A stretch of 64,000 nt of DNA, from positions 2,176,001 through 2,240,000 of the forward strand of contig CAVSBL010000002.1 of the NCBI GenBank assembly GCA_963726255.1, read 5' to 3'. Of this stretch, positions 18,715 to 27,561 are shown in pieces; the stretch's first letter is position 1; each line of letters starts with the position of its first letter. The position numbers and the translations under genes are program-made. The stretch is from Candidatus Bathyarchaeota archaeon (GTDB lineage Archaea > Thermoproteota > Bathyarchaeia > 40CM-2-53-6). Below the pieces are notes generated by a model, which saw only the letters and a program-made list of their open reading frames with translations, did not search any database and was not told the origin of the DNA.

Positions 18715-19167
18715 TCAGCTCGCGCCCTGCGACGGTGCGTTCTGGTGCCTAAGAAGTTCCTCGAGGGCGTCGCGGTCTTGTTGGTATCGGGTTACGGTTT
18801 GGTCAAGTTGTTGTTGAATGGATGTTCTTGCCTTGTCCAATTCCTCAAGTCTACCCTTTAGCTCGGTTACAGAACTCTCTACGTCCTTCTCCATTGCCGC
18901 TCCCGCTCCTATCCCCATAACGAGCTTTTTCGAATCTGCAATCTGCATTCTCACATAGGAGCTGGCTCCGACCGGGACGAGGGTGGAATCGCCTTCTTTC
19001 ATGTTCTTCAAGCCATCGAGGGTGTTGAAGGCCAGCGTAACCTCGTTAATCGCTGCCCGAACGATATCCAGCCTTGATTGCAAAGCTCCGATCGAGCCTT
19101 CCAGAATGCGAATTTCGGTGGCCAGTTGCCTAACTATGTCTTCTTCTCTTGGTTGAGAGGACGCCAT
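18715..19167 (-). CDS. pfdA: Prefoldin alpha subunit
   Basis: Coiled coils around LVPVG...MGIGAG beta hairpins. Confidence 0.92.
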   Translation of the reverse strand: MASSQPREEDIVRQLATEIRILEGSIGALQSRLDIVRAAINEVTLAFNTLDGLKNMKEGDSTLVPVGASSYVRMQIADSKKLVMGIGAGAAMEKDVESSVTELKGRLEELDKARTSIQQQLDQTVTRYQQDRDALEELLRHQNAPSQGAS

Positions 19168-19170
19168 TTC

Positions 19171-19383
19171 CTACCCCTTAGCCTGCGCTGCTTCTTCTCG
19201 TGCACTTCGGATTTTCATTATCTTAATCTCAAATCTGCGTGCGCGGTGCCTGCTTCCCATTTCTGAATAAAGGCGTTGGAGGGCGTCTTCTTCCTTCATC
19301 GCGTTGAATTCCACGGAAAACGGGACTTTTGTCTTCCCCTTTTTGATCTCGCCCGTAATCGTGAACTTTTTCACTTCTGACAT
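19171..19383 (-). CDS. rplX: 50S ribosomal protein L20e (LX / L18Ae)
   Basis: MSEVKKFTITG...A..RLYSEMGSRHR.RR..IKI. Confidence 0.92.
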   Translation of the reverse strand: MSEVKKFTITGEIKKGKTKVPFSVEFNAMKEEDALQRLYSEMGSRHRARRFEIKIMKIRSAREEAAQAKG

Positions 19384-19507
19384 TCGTGCTCTTGACCTCG
19401 CCTTATGGCAGCGTTGTCCGCTATTAATCTGAAGGTCGCGAAGCAAGCGAACGCGCTGAAAACGTTTTTATTAGGCAGGGGGATTCACGCCTTAGAAATT
19501 TGTCTAG

Positions 19508-20176
19508 ATGGTCCCCTCGTTGCCACTTGCCAAGGATGAAATCGCTAGGGCACTCGGTGAGCTACGCAAGAATCTAACTAAGAGAAAATTCTCACAATCC
19601 ATTGACTTGGTTGTTCGGCTGCGCGAGGTTGACCTGAAGAAGCCCGAGAACAGGATTAATGAGGCAATTGCCCTGCCGAACCCGCCGGAGAAGGCGCTGA
19701 AAGTTTGCGTGATAGCGTCGGGGGATTTGGGAACCAGAGCCAAGGCTGCCGGCGCGGATATGCTCGTCACCCGGCAAGAAATAGAAAACCTGAGCAAGGA
19801 CAAGAAAGCGGCTCGGAAATTAGCTCAGGACTATGATTTCTTTATCGCTGAAGCGCCGCTTATGCCCCTTGTGGGTAGGGCCCTTGGTTCATTCCTCGGC
19901 CCAAGAGGCAAGATGCCCACGCCGGTCCCACCTAACGCCGCTATAGAGCAAATTGTTGCGGGCCATCGCAAGATGGTTCGCGTTCGCATGCGGGAGCAAC
20001 CAGTCCTCCAGTGTAGGGTCGGGACAGAGGCAATGCCAGACGAGAAGCTAGTCGAAAACATTCAAGCAGTCGTATCTCGGATCGAACAGAAACTTGAGCG
20101 CGGTTTCAAGAACATTGGTGAAATCCTAATCAAGGCCACGATGAGCAAACCAGTGAAAGTCAGCCTAACTAAGTGA
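19508..20176 (+). CDS. rpl1: 50S ribosomal protein L1
   Basis: KRKFSQSIDL, LGPRGKMP, ATMSKP. Confidence 0.96.
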   Translation: MVPSLPLAKDEIARALGELRKNLTKRKFSQSIDLVVRLREVDLKKPENRINEAIALPNPPEKALKVCVIASGDLGTRAKAAGADMLVTRQEIENLSKDKKAARKLAQDYDFFIAEAPLMPLVGRALGSFLGPRGKMPTPVPPNAAIEQIVAGHRKMVRVRMREQPVLQCRVGTEAMPDEKLVENIQAVVSRIEQKLERGFKNIGEILIKATMSKPVKVSLTK

Positions 20177-20179
20177 TGA

Positions 20180-21115
20180 TTGATGTTAGCTCAACAAGTC
20201 GCCGTTTGGAAGAAGGAAATTTACGACGACGTAACTGAACTCCTCAAGAAATATTCAGTCGTCGCAGTGGCCGACTTGCAAAAGGTACGCTCATCGCAAA
20301 TACAGGAAATCCGGAAGAAGCTGCGTGGCAAGGCCGAACTTATTGTGGCCAAGAACACAATCTTGCGCATAGCGAGCGAGAAAATAGCGGCCGAAAAGAA
20401 GGGCATCGATAAGTTCGCAGACGCGTTGACGGGGTCTAAGGTCCTGATATTCACTCAAATGAACCCGTTCGAGCTCATCATCTTCCTCAACAAGAACAAG
20501 GTCAGAGTCCCAGCAAAGGGCGGAGACATTGCGACAAGCGACATAATGATCCCCGGCGGAAATACAGGCCTACAACCTGGCCCGGTTATTAGTGAGTTCA
20601 ACGAGGCGAAAGTCCAAACGCGGATTGAGGGCGGCAGTATTTTCGTTGCGAGGGATAGTGTCGTTGTAGAGAAGGGCGAAGTAATCCCCGTTAAGACCGC
20701 GTCGCTTCTCTCGAAACTTGGAATGAAACCGATGGAAGCCGGGTTATCGCTCTCATACGCTTACGATGACGGCTCGGTTCTCGGCCCGAACGAGCTTGCC
20801 TTCGACCTCGACCAAATGAAGGCTGATTTCTCCTCGGCAGCTAGGCTCGCTTTTGGAGTTGCTGTTGAAGCGAATATCATGCTACCAGAGACGGCACCCA
20901 TGATCATTTCGAAGGCGTATCGGCAAGCGGTGGCAGTCAGTGTCGAGTCAGGCTTCTTCACAAAGCAAACTGCAAACCTTATCATCCAGAAAGCTTACGC
21001 AAACATGAATGCTCTGTCCTCAGCGATCGCGGCTGTACAGCCTGAAGCAATTGCGCCGCCTGCCGCGCCAACCAGCGAGGCACCACCGCCTGCGCCAGCT
21101 GAAGGAAAAGGTTGA
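20180..21115 (+). CDS. rpl10: 50S ribosomal protein L10 (P0)
   Basis: IRKKLRG...VAKNT, NTGLQPGP, L.KLG.KP. Confidence 0.95.
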   Translation: MMLAQQVAVWKKEIYDDVTELLKKYSVVAVADLQKVRSSQIQEIRKKLRGKAELIVAKNTILRIASEKIAAEKKGIDKFADALTGSKVLIFTQMNPFELIIFLNKNKVRVPAKGGDIATSDIMIPGGNTGLQPGPVISEFNEAKVQTRIEGGSIFVARDSVVVEKGEVIPVKTASLLSKLGMKPMEAGLSLSYAYDDGSVLGPNELAFDLDQMKADFSSAARLAFGVAVEANIMLPETAPMIISKAYRQAVAVSVESGFFTKQTANLIIQKAYANMNALSSAIAAVQPEAIAPPAAPTSEAPPPAPAEGKG

Positions 21116-21167
21116 AAAGAGGGAGTTCGGGTAAGCACAGGAATCTCGTCAAATTTCGGTGTGAAAA

Positions 21168-21458
21168 ATGGAATACGTCTACGCAGCGCTTCTGCTGCAC
21201 TCAGCAGGCGGAAAAATATCAGAAGAGAATGTGAAAAAGGTCCTAACCGCAGCCGGAGTCAAGACTGACGAACCACGAGTTAAGGCCCTAATAGCAGCCC
21301 TTTCCGAGATTAAGATTGAGGACGCCCTCAAGGCTGCACAAGCAGTACCAGTAGCGGCCGCACCCGCCGCAGCAGCACCAGCAGGCAAGAAAGAAGAGAA
21401 GAAAGAAGAAAAGAAAAGCGAAGAGGCACTAGCAGGGCTTGGGGCCCTCTTCGGTTGA
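21168..21458 (+). CDS. rpl12: 50S ribosomal stalk protein L12 (aP1)
   Basis: [11 protein letters not shown]...Ala-rich hinge...[12 protein letters not shown]. Confidence 0.96.
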   Translation: MEYVYAALLLHSAGGKISEENVKKVLTAAGVKTDEPRVKALIAALSEIKIEDALKAAQAVPVAAAPAAAAPAGKKEEKKEEKKSEEALAGLGALFG

Positions 21459-21491
21459 ATTCGTTCCTCCACTTCCTACTTTAATCCGCTG

Positions 21492-22139
21492 TCAGCCGTA
21501 ATATCGGTAGTTGATTTCTGGACGTTTCACTCCGTATTTTCTTAGATAAGCGAAGGTATCGCGATCAAAGTCCGTACCTGCAACGCTACCCAGTTCGAGT
21601 ATCGTAATAACGTCCGGCCTGTAGTAGAGCCTCGAATGAAAACCAGATTTTCTGAGAAGGATCCTTGCCGCCCGAACGTCCTCACGCCATAAGTAGTTTG
21701 GCGTGTACACACAAATTAGATGCTTACCCTTCGGGGCGTCCCTCAGAGTTAGATTCTTTCTCGCTGTGGAAACCTTGGCACGGTAGGGAAGCCTCCCGCT
21801 CTCAATACTGCAAGCAAGCCTCTCCCACACGTCATCCACTTCTTCTCTATCGACTCTGACGAGCCACTTGCCGAACAACACGAAGGGGTTCTTGGGATTC
21901 GCAATCACAGCATCGATAACCGCATGGTCAATCGATATGAGAAATTTGTCGACGTCAGTTTTCGGCTCAATCAGTCGACTGGATAAAATGTCCTGTGAGT
22001 AAAGCTTGCCGGACTCCTTGTAAACGGGTATATTTGGTGAAACCCACGCAGTTGCGGACCTCCAACTCCTACGTTCAATATTCAACGCAGGGTAAGACCA
22101 AATGAAGTATTCGCGTTTATCCTTGGAGGGAAATTGCAT
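21492..22139 (-). CDS. DUF1917-like protein (eIF4E-like fold)
   Basis: GKWL....VDDVW.....AKVST...HLICVYT.NY...EDV...YRPD pattern recognised by eye. Confidence 0.65.
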   Translation of the reverse strand: MQFPSKDKREYFIWSYPALNIERRSWRSATAWVSPNIPVYKESGKLYSQDILSSRLIEPKTDVDKFLISIDHAVIDAVIANPKNPFVLFGKWLVRVDREEVDDVWERLACSIESGRLPYRAKVSTARKNLTLRDAPKGKHLICVYTPNYLWREDVRAARILLRKSGFHSRLYYRPDVITILELGSVAGTDFDRDTFAYLRKYGVKRPEINYRYYG

Positions 22140-22242
22140 AGGAACACCTTCCGAGGTTCTTAATCCAGCTACTAATCACATGTGGAAAGGCTTGTATTTG
22201 TAGTCAACAGAACTAAAGCTGTCCTATCGGAGGTGAATTGAA

Positions 22243-22359
22243 GTGGCAAGAGAAGCTTGCGTACATTGTATGAGGAGGGTGAAGAAGAAGGCGAAGAGGA
22301 AGCCAAAGAAGAAGAAATCACCTGCGTGTGTTCACTGTAGAAAGCGCAGACGCAAATAG
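22243..22359 (+). CDS. Highly basic 38-aa microprotein with two ACVHC motifs
   Basis: MAREACVHCMRRVKKKAKRKPKKKKSPACVHCRKRRRK; GTG start 6 nt after GGAGGTGA; not in ORF track. Confidence 0.7.
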   Translation: MAREACVHCMRRVKKKAKRKPKKKKSPACVHCRKRRRK

Positions 22360-22393
22360 TCGAAAGTAAAGAATTTCCTGGAGCGGTACCTGC

Positions 22394-23140
22394 ATGCCCC
22401 GGATTGAACTAATCGAGGATCTTACGGTAGGGCCTATACCAACCGGTTCTAATCTGCTAGTGGAATATGGCCCCGATTCGCAATGGTATAACGCACATGC
22501 TACAATTGCAGCTCGTTGGCTGAGTACTGGGGGGAGGATATCGTACCATATCGCGGCGCAGCCTAGAGAGAAAGTGCGTACTCAACTGAAACGGTTGGGT
22601 CTGGAGAATGTCGAGCAGCTCGAAGAGCCTTCCCGAGACCCGACCTTGGCCCTACACGATTGGTACTCAGCCTCACTGGGTCCAAACGTACCGGATGATG
22701 AATTCACAATGAATTCGTTGAAAGTGGCGGAACTGAGCATAGCATGGTCCAAGGGCGAAAAGGTAGCCGAGCAAAGAGGTTCGCTCAGTTCCTCTAGCCT
22801 CCCAACCACCTTAAGGCTCATCGACAATGTTTCGTGTCTTGCGAGGTTTAACGAGGAGAAAGCGTGGGTTGAATTTGTTCTTAGCCGGCTAATTCCCAAG
22901 GCATCGAAATGGAACCAAGTCTCCATCATCGGTTTGATCAAAGGCGCTCATAATGATTGGGTCTATAAGACTCTCGAGGGGGCGGTTGATGGCATCGTCG
23001 ATTTCAAACTTGAGGAAGCCGATGATGAGACGCGAGACCTCATGCGGATTCGCACCATGCGCAATGTTGGTTTCGATCGGAAATGGCACCAGCTCAAGAT
23101 CGCGGCTAACTCTGAAGTTACGCTAGAGAAAGACAACTAA
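22394..23140 (+). CDS. KaiC/RAD55-like RecA-fold protein with degenerate Walker A
   Basis: GPIPTGSNLLVE, LIDNVS, AVDGIVD, R.MRIRTMR; P-loop reads YGPDSQW. Confidence 0.75.
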   Translation: MPRIELIEDLTVGPIPTGSNLLVEYGPDSQWYNAHATIAARWLSTGGRISYHIAAQPREKVRTQLKRLGLENVEQLEEPSRDPTLALHDWYSASLGPNVPDDEFTMNSLKVAELSIAWSKGEKVAEQRGSLSSSSLPTTLRLIDNVSCLARFNEEKAWVEFVLSRLIPKASKWNQVSIIGLIKGAHNDWVYKTLEGAVDGIVDFKLEEADDETRDLMRIRTMRNVGFDRKWHQLKIAANSEVTLEKDN

Positions 23141-23187
23141 CTTCGGGTCGCGCCCGGATTGGCGTTGATCCTATTTTACACATTCCT

Positions 23188-23583
23188 CTAACCCCGCGTT
23201 TTCGTAGAGCCCGTCGCCTTCTTGAATAGGAGCCATTGCGCTCGGCCACGTTCCTCCTTGAAGTACACGAGTTCATATTCGCCCTTCAGTTTACTTCCTT
23301 GAAGTTCGAAGTGGATTTTGCGTGGGCCTCGTTCTATGAGACTGTACTCTCCATTGTCCCAGATTGCAACCTTTCCCGCACCGTATTCACCCTCCGGAAT
23401 TGTGCCCTCAAATGAGCCGTAATCGATCGGGTGGTCATCGACGGCGACTGCGAGACGCTTAATTCCAGCCTCGAGCGGCGGCCCCTTCGGAACCGCCCAC
23501 GATTTTAGAACGCCATCCATTTCCAAACGAAAATCAAAGTGGTGTGCCGTTGCCCAGTGTTCATGAACGACGAACGATGGCAT
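23188..23583 (-). CDS. Stand-alone LigD-type DNA 3'-phosphoesterase
   Basis: FVVHEH.A...HFDFRLE.DGVLKSWAVPKGP...RLAV.VDDHP..Y..FEG.IP.GEYGAG.V.IWD.G.Y. Confidence 0.9.
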   Translation of the reverse strand: MPSFVVHEHWATAHHFDFRLEMDGVLKSWAVPKGPPLEAGIKRLAVAVDDHPIDYGSFEGTIPEGEYGAGKVAIWDNGEYSLIERGPRKIHFELQGSKLKGEYELVYFKEERGRAQWLLFKKATGSTKTRG

Positions 23584-23674
23584 CCCTGCTCTCCCATTTC
23601 CAATAGGAATGATGTAGCTTAACCTTTTACAGCCATCGAGCACTTTTCTTCCTCTATCGGGTGTCGAGAAGTCG

Positions 23675-23842
23675 TTGTCCGAGGAATACACCGTCTGTAG
23701 GTGCGGAGCAAAATTCACTAACGATGCGGAAGGAAAACGTCTCTATGATCTGCATCAATCTTGGTGCGGCAAGCAAGGCAGTGTTCCCCAAGAATATCCG
23801 GACCGAAAACAGTATTCTCGTCCCCGCAATCGCAATGAATGA
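23675..23842 (+). CDS. C2HC-type zinc-finger microprotein (55 aa)
   Basis: (M)SEEYTVCRCGAKFTNDAEGKRLYDLHQSWCGKQG...; TTG start; not in ORF track. Confidence 0.55.
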   Translation: MSEEYTVCRCGAKFTNDAEGKRLYDLHQSWCGKQGSVPQEYPDRKQYSRPRNRNE

Positions 23843-24093
23843 GTTCTCGTCGTCTATCATTGATTGACTATAGCCAATCCGTTTTGTATGCAACGCTAAG
23901 GAGATGGGTATCATGTACTAATTCATTGAATGTGTATGCTGGCCAATACATTCACACACGAAACGGGGGTTAGTTGGCTTACCTCGAATGTGGCCTGCTT
24001 AATCCCCTTCCAAAGGGATTTCATATATAGCACAAGCGAAACTGCGCCATCAATTCAGGAGGTGAAGATGTCACGAAATTCGAGACAAGTAAG

Positions 24094-24429
24094 GTGACAA
24101 AGGCCGTTACTTGGCCAGTTATAGTGTGGGTGGTGACGATTGTTCTATTCCGACTGGGTGCGCTTGTCTATCCAGCGGCGGGTTCACAGTTCACCAGCAA
24201 CTTCTATCCTATTGCGACAACGCTTGGCTTGCTGCTGGCTATTTGGGCTGGCTTTTCAGTGAAAGTAGCCAAGGGAATCTACCAAGAAGCCATAGTGGCT
24301 GGAGTTTGTGTTGGCCTGGCATGCGGCATTCCCGGCATAATCATCTTTGGCTTGGACTTCATACCATTCGCGATCAACGTCACTATCTTCTCGTTGGCTG
24401 CCGCATGGGCGGGCTGGGGCATCAAGTAA
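24094..24429 (+). CDS. Small multi-pass membrane protein
   Basis: About 4 hydrophobic segments; RBS GGAGGTGA at 24058-24065; frame stays open upstream to an ACG at 24073. Confidence 0.65.
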   Translation: MTKAVTWPVIVWVVTIVLFRLGALVYPAAGSQFTSNFYPIATTLGLLLAIWAGFSVKVAKGIYQEAIVAGVCVGLACGIPGIIIFGLDFIPFAINVTIFSLAAAWAGWGIK

Positions 24430-24795
24430 CCGGTTGATGTCTTGAACCTCAGTCCCATTTTTTATCCGCCAAGATTCGGAAATTACACTTGACGTAGTCG
24501 CCCAAAGGCAAATGGCTCGATCTAAAGCAACTAGTGAAACGGTTAGTAACATGGCCTAGTGGGCTGCGGGGCTTTGCCGGCAGGAGGAGAGCCACTTCGT
24601 CAGCTACTCCCTAAATTCACTCTGGAGGTAAACGTTATGAGGATGCTTGGTGGAATATGTTGAATCAGAGTTGGGCCATTATGTCCACTAAGCTTCTGCT
24701 TCAGGCCCTTGTGCTCGCACCTCGCTGACAGAGGGAGCGGGCAAATAGCTAACTAGTTTAGTCTGCTTCGTTCTGTCGGCTAGAGGAATAAGCTA

Positions 24796-27561
24796 ATGGA
24801 GATTAATGAGAAAGAATTCGCCGTCCCATTCTTCAAAGAGAATGGATTCACACGCAAGCAGTGTGAATGCTGCAAAGGCTACTTCTGGACACAGAGACCT
24901 GAGGAGAGATTTTGCGGCGACAGCCCCTGCGTCCAATACACTTTCATAGGAAAGCCTCCAGCGAAGCGGCCGTACTCAATTCATGACATGCGTGAATTAT
25001 TCCTATCATTCTTTGAACGAAATGGGCACAAGAGGATTAACCCTTACCCTGTAGTGGCGCGGTGGCGGGACGACGTTTTCCTTGTAGGGGCCTCAATCTA
25101 CGATTTTCAACCCTACGTCACGGAAGGTGTGATTCCGCCACCAGCCAACCCGCTAGTCGTTAGCCAGCCATCAATTCGATTCACGGACATAGACAATGTA
25201 GGCCCAACACTGGGACGCCATGACCTGATTTTCGAGATGGGTGGCGCTCACGCTTTCAACTATCCGGACAAGGAAATCTACTGGATGGACCAGACTATTC
25301 GCTACCACCATCAGCTGGCCACCGAGGAATTTGGGTTAAAGTCTGAATCAATTTCATACAAGGAACACTTTTGGTCTGGCGGAGGAAATGCGGGCCCCGA
25401 CTTGGAGTGCCTAAGCGCAGGGTTAGAGATCTCTACACTGGTCTTCATGCAATACAAGGTCCAAGGCGAACAACTCGTCAAACTGCCAATCCGAACAGTC
25501 GACACGGGTTACGGCATAGAACGCTGGGCGTGGCTGAGTCAGGGCAAAGCCAGTGCATTCCAAGTCATCTACGGCCCTGTGTTTGACAAGATCTTCCAAC
25601 TGGCCAACGTGAAGTTCGATGAGAAGCTGGTTGCAAAGGTAGTTCCATTCTCAAGCTACATGAATATTGAACGCAACGAGAGCCGCGTTGATGCACGAAA
25701 GAAGATTGCCGAAAGCGTAGGTATGGATTGGCGAGAACTCGAGAAAGCTATCACACCGATTGAAAGCGCGATGGCAGTGGCTGACCATACGAAGGCGATT
25801 GCGTTCCTGCTTTCCGAAGGCGTTGTCCCTTCAAACGTCGAAGAAGGCTACCTAGCCCGTCTGTTGATTCGTCGAGCTTACCGCATGCTGCGACAGCTGG
25901 GCATAGAAGACAAAATGCTGGACATTCTCGACGCCCAAGTTGAGTATTGGGGTGCTGATTTTCCTCAGCTTAGAGGAATGAAGCGCGAGATAGCGGAAGA
26001 AATCAAATCGGAGGAATCCAAGTATCGAAGAACGCTCGAACGAGGCTCAGATCTCGTTAAGAAGATCACAGTCGACCTGAAAGCTAGGGGAAGCAAAGAG
26101 GTTCCTTCCGAAACCCTCGTCGACCTGTATGACTCGCACGGAATGGTTCCCGACATCGTGCGGGAAATCGCGGAACCTCTAGGGGTAGCTGTGAACCCAC
26201 CTGGTAACTTCTACGGCATGGTCGCCCAGAAACATTTGACCGGAAAGCGCGCCTCCGAGGAAGAAACAGAGTCGAAAGTGAGCGAGTCCCTGAAGGATAA
26301 GGTCAGCGGCCTCCAAGACACCGTTACCCTGTATTACAAGGACCCGTTCCAGAAGGAATTTCAAGGCAAAGTAATCAGCGTACTTGACAACAAGTTCGTT
26401 GTCTTAGACCAGACCTGCTTCTACCCGGAGGGCGGAGGCCAACCTGGCGACATCGGGGTTTTGCAAGCTTCCGGCGTGTCGGTTAAGGTGGTGGACACTC
26501 AGAAGGTCGGTCGAGTCATAGTCCACCAAATAGACGGTAAGCCCCCGCGCGTGGGAGAAAACGTCCGCGGTTCCATTGAGTGGGAACGGCGCATCAGCCT
26601 AATGCGCCACCACACAGGCACCCATTTGGTCTTGGGAGCCGCCCGGAGAGTTCTGGGGCAACACGCTTGGCAGGCGGGAGCACAGAAGGGAGTTACCTCT
26701 AGTCGAATCGACATTTCGCATTACGAGAGAATTACGGAGGAGCAGGCCAGAGAAATTGAGAAGCTGGCAACAGAAGTCGCTTTGCAAGATATTCCCGTAG
26801 AGTCTGAGTGGCTGCCGAGGGAGAAAGCTGAGCAGGCTTACGGGTACAAGCTCTATCAAGGGGGTGCTGTGCCCGGGCGCGAACTAAGAATAATCAAGAT
26901 TGGCGATTGGGACGTGGAAGCCTGCGGCGGAACTCACTGCACTCGCACGGGCCAGATCGGAGCCATCAAGATCCTGCACACTGAACGAATTCAAGACGGA
27001 GTAGAGCGAATCATATTCGCAGCGGGCACTCAAGCGCTACGCGCTTTCCAGGAACAGGAAAAGAGAATCAAAAGCATCTCGAGCGTCGTCGAAGCACCCG
27101 TCGAAAAAGTCGACCAATACGTGCAGACGCTGGTTGAAGAAAAAGCCAAACTGGCCAAACGCCTTGAAGAACTCTCCAAGGAGTGGGCCGAACAAGAGGC
27201 TGCAAAACTCTTGCAATCGGCTAAGGCTGTCGGGCGCGTAAAGATGTGTTCAGCGAAGTATACTCGAGGCGAAGATAGCGAAATAGTCTCGCTGAACAAC
27301 AGGATAATTGAGCAAGAGCCGAACGCGGTTACAGTGCTGCTGTTGGTGAAAGATTCCGCCAGAGTTTTCGTTGGCGCAGGAAAGAATGCGATCGCACAAG
27401 GCGTGAACGCTGGGAAGCTTGCCACCAAGCTGGCTGCAATGCTTGGTGGCGGTGGCGGAGGCAAAGACTACTTCGGGCAAGGTGGCGGAACGAAGCGCGA
27501 AGCGGCGGATGAAGTCCTGCGAAACTCGGAATCGGCACTGAAAGCAATGTTAGCCAAGTGA
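24796..27561 (+). CDS. alaS: Alanine--tRNA ligase (archaeal type)
   Basis: YPVVARWRDD, VDTGYG, IADH-like VADH, editing HHTGTH and CGGTH, C-Ala GGGGGK. Confidence 0.97.
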   Translation: MEINEKEFAVPFFKENGFTRKQCECCKGYFWTQRPEERFCGDSPCVQYTFIGKPPAKRPYSIHDMRELFLSFFERNGHKRINPYPVVARWRDDVFLVGASIYDFQPYVTEGVIPPPANPLVVSQPSIRFTDIDNVGPTLGRHDLIFEMGGAHAFNYPDKEIYWMDQTIRYHHQLATEEFGLKSESISYKEHFWSGGGNAGPDLECLSAGLEISTLVFMQYKVQGEQLVKLPIRTVDTGYGIERWAWLSQGKASAFQVIYGPVFDKIFQLANVKFDEKLVAKVVPFSSYMNIERNESRVDARKKIAESVGMDWRELEKAITPIESAMAVADHTKAIAFLLSEGVVPSNVEEGYLARLLIRRAYRMLRQLGIEDKMLDILDAQVEYWGADFPQLRGMKREIAEEIKSEESKYRRTLERGSDLVKKITVDLKARGSKEVPSETLVDLYDSHGMVPDIVREIAEPLGVAVNPPGNFYGMVAQKHLTGKRASEEETESKVSESLKDKVSGLQDTVTLYYKDPFQKEFQGKVISVLDNKFVVLDQTCFYPEGGGQPGDIGVLQASGVSVKVVDTQKVGRVIVHQIDGKPPRVGENVRGSIEWERRISLMRHHTGTHLVLGAARRVLGQHAWQAGAQKGVTSSRIDISHYERITEEQAREIEKLATEVALQDIPVESEWLPREKAEQAYGYKLYQGGAVPGRELRIIKIGDWDVEACGGTHCTRTGQIGAIKILHTERIQDGVERIIFAAGTQALRAFQEQEKRIKSISSVVEAPVEKVDQYVQTLVEEKAKLAKRLEELSKEWAEQEAAKLLQSAKAVGRVKMCSAKYTRGEDSEIVSLNNRIIEQEPNAVTVLLLVKDSARVFVGAGKNAIAQGVNAGKLATKLAAMLGGGGGGKDYFGQGGGTKREAADEVLRNSESALKAMLAK

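Noticed and set aside
24430-24795. 365-nt gap before alaS as a possible ncRNA or leader
   Set aside because: No recognisable SRP, RNase P, T-box or C/D structure could be supported by eye.
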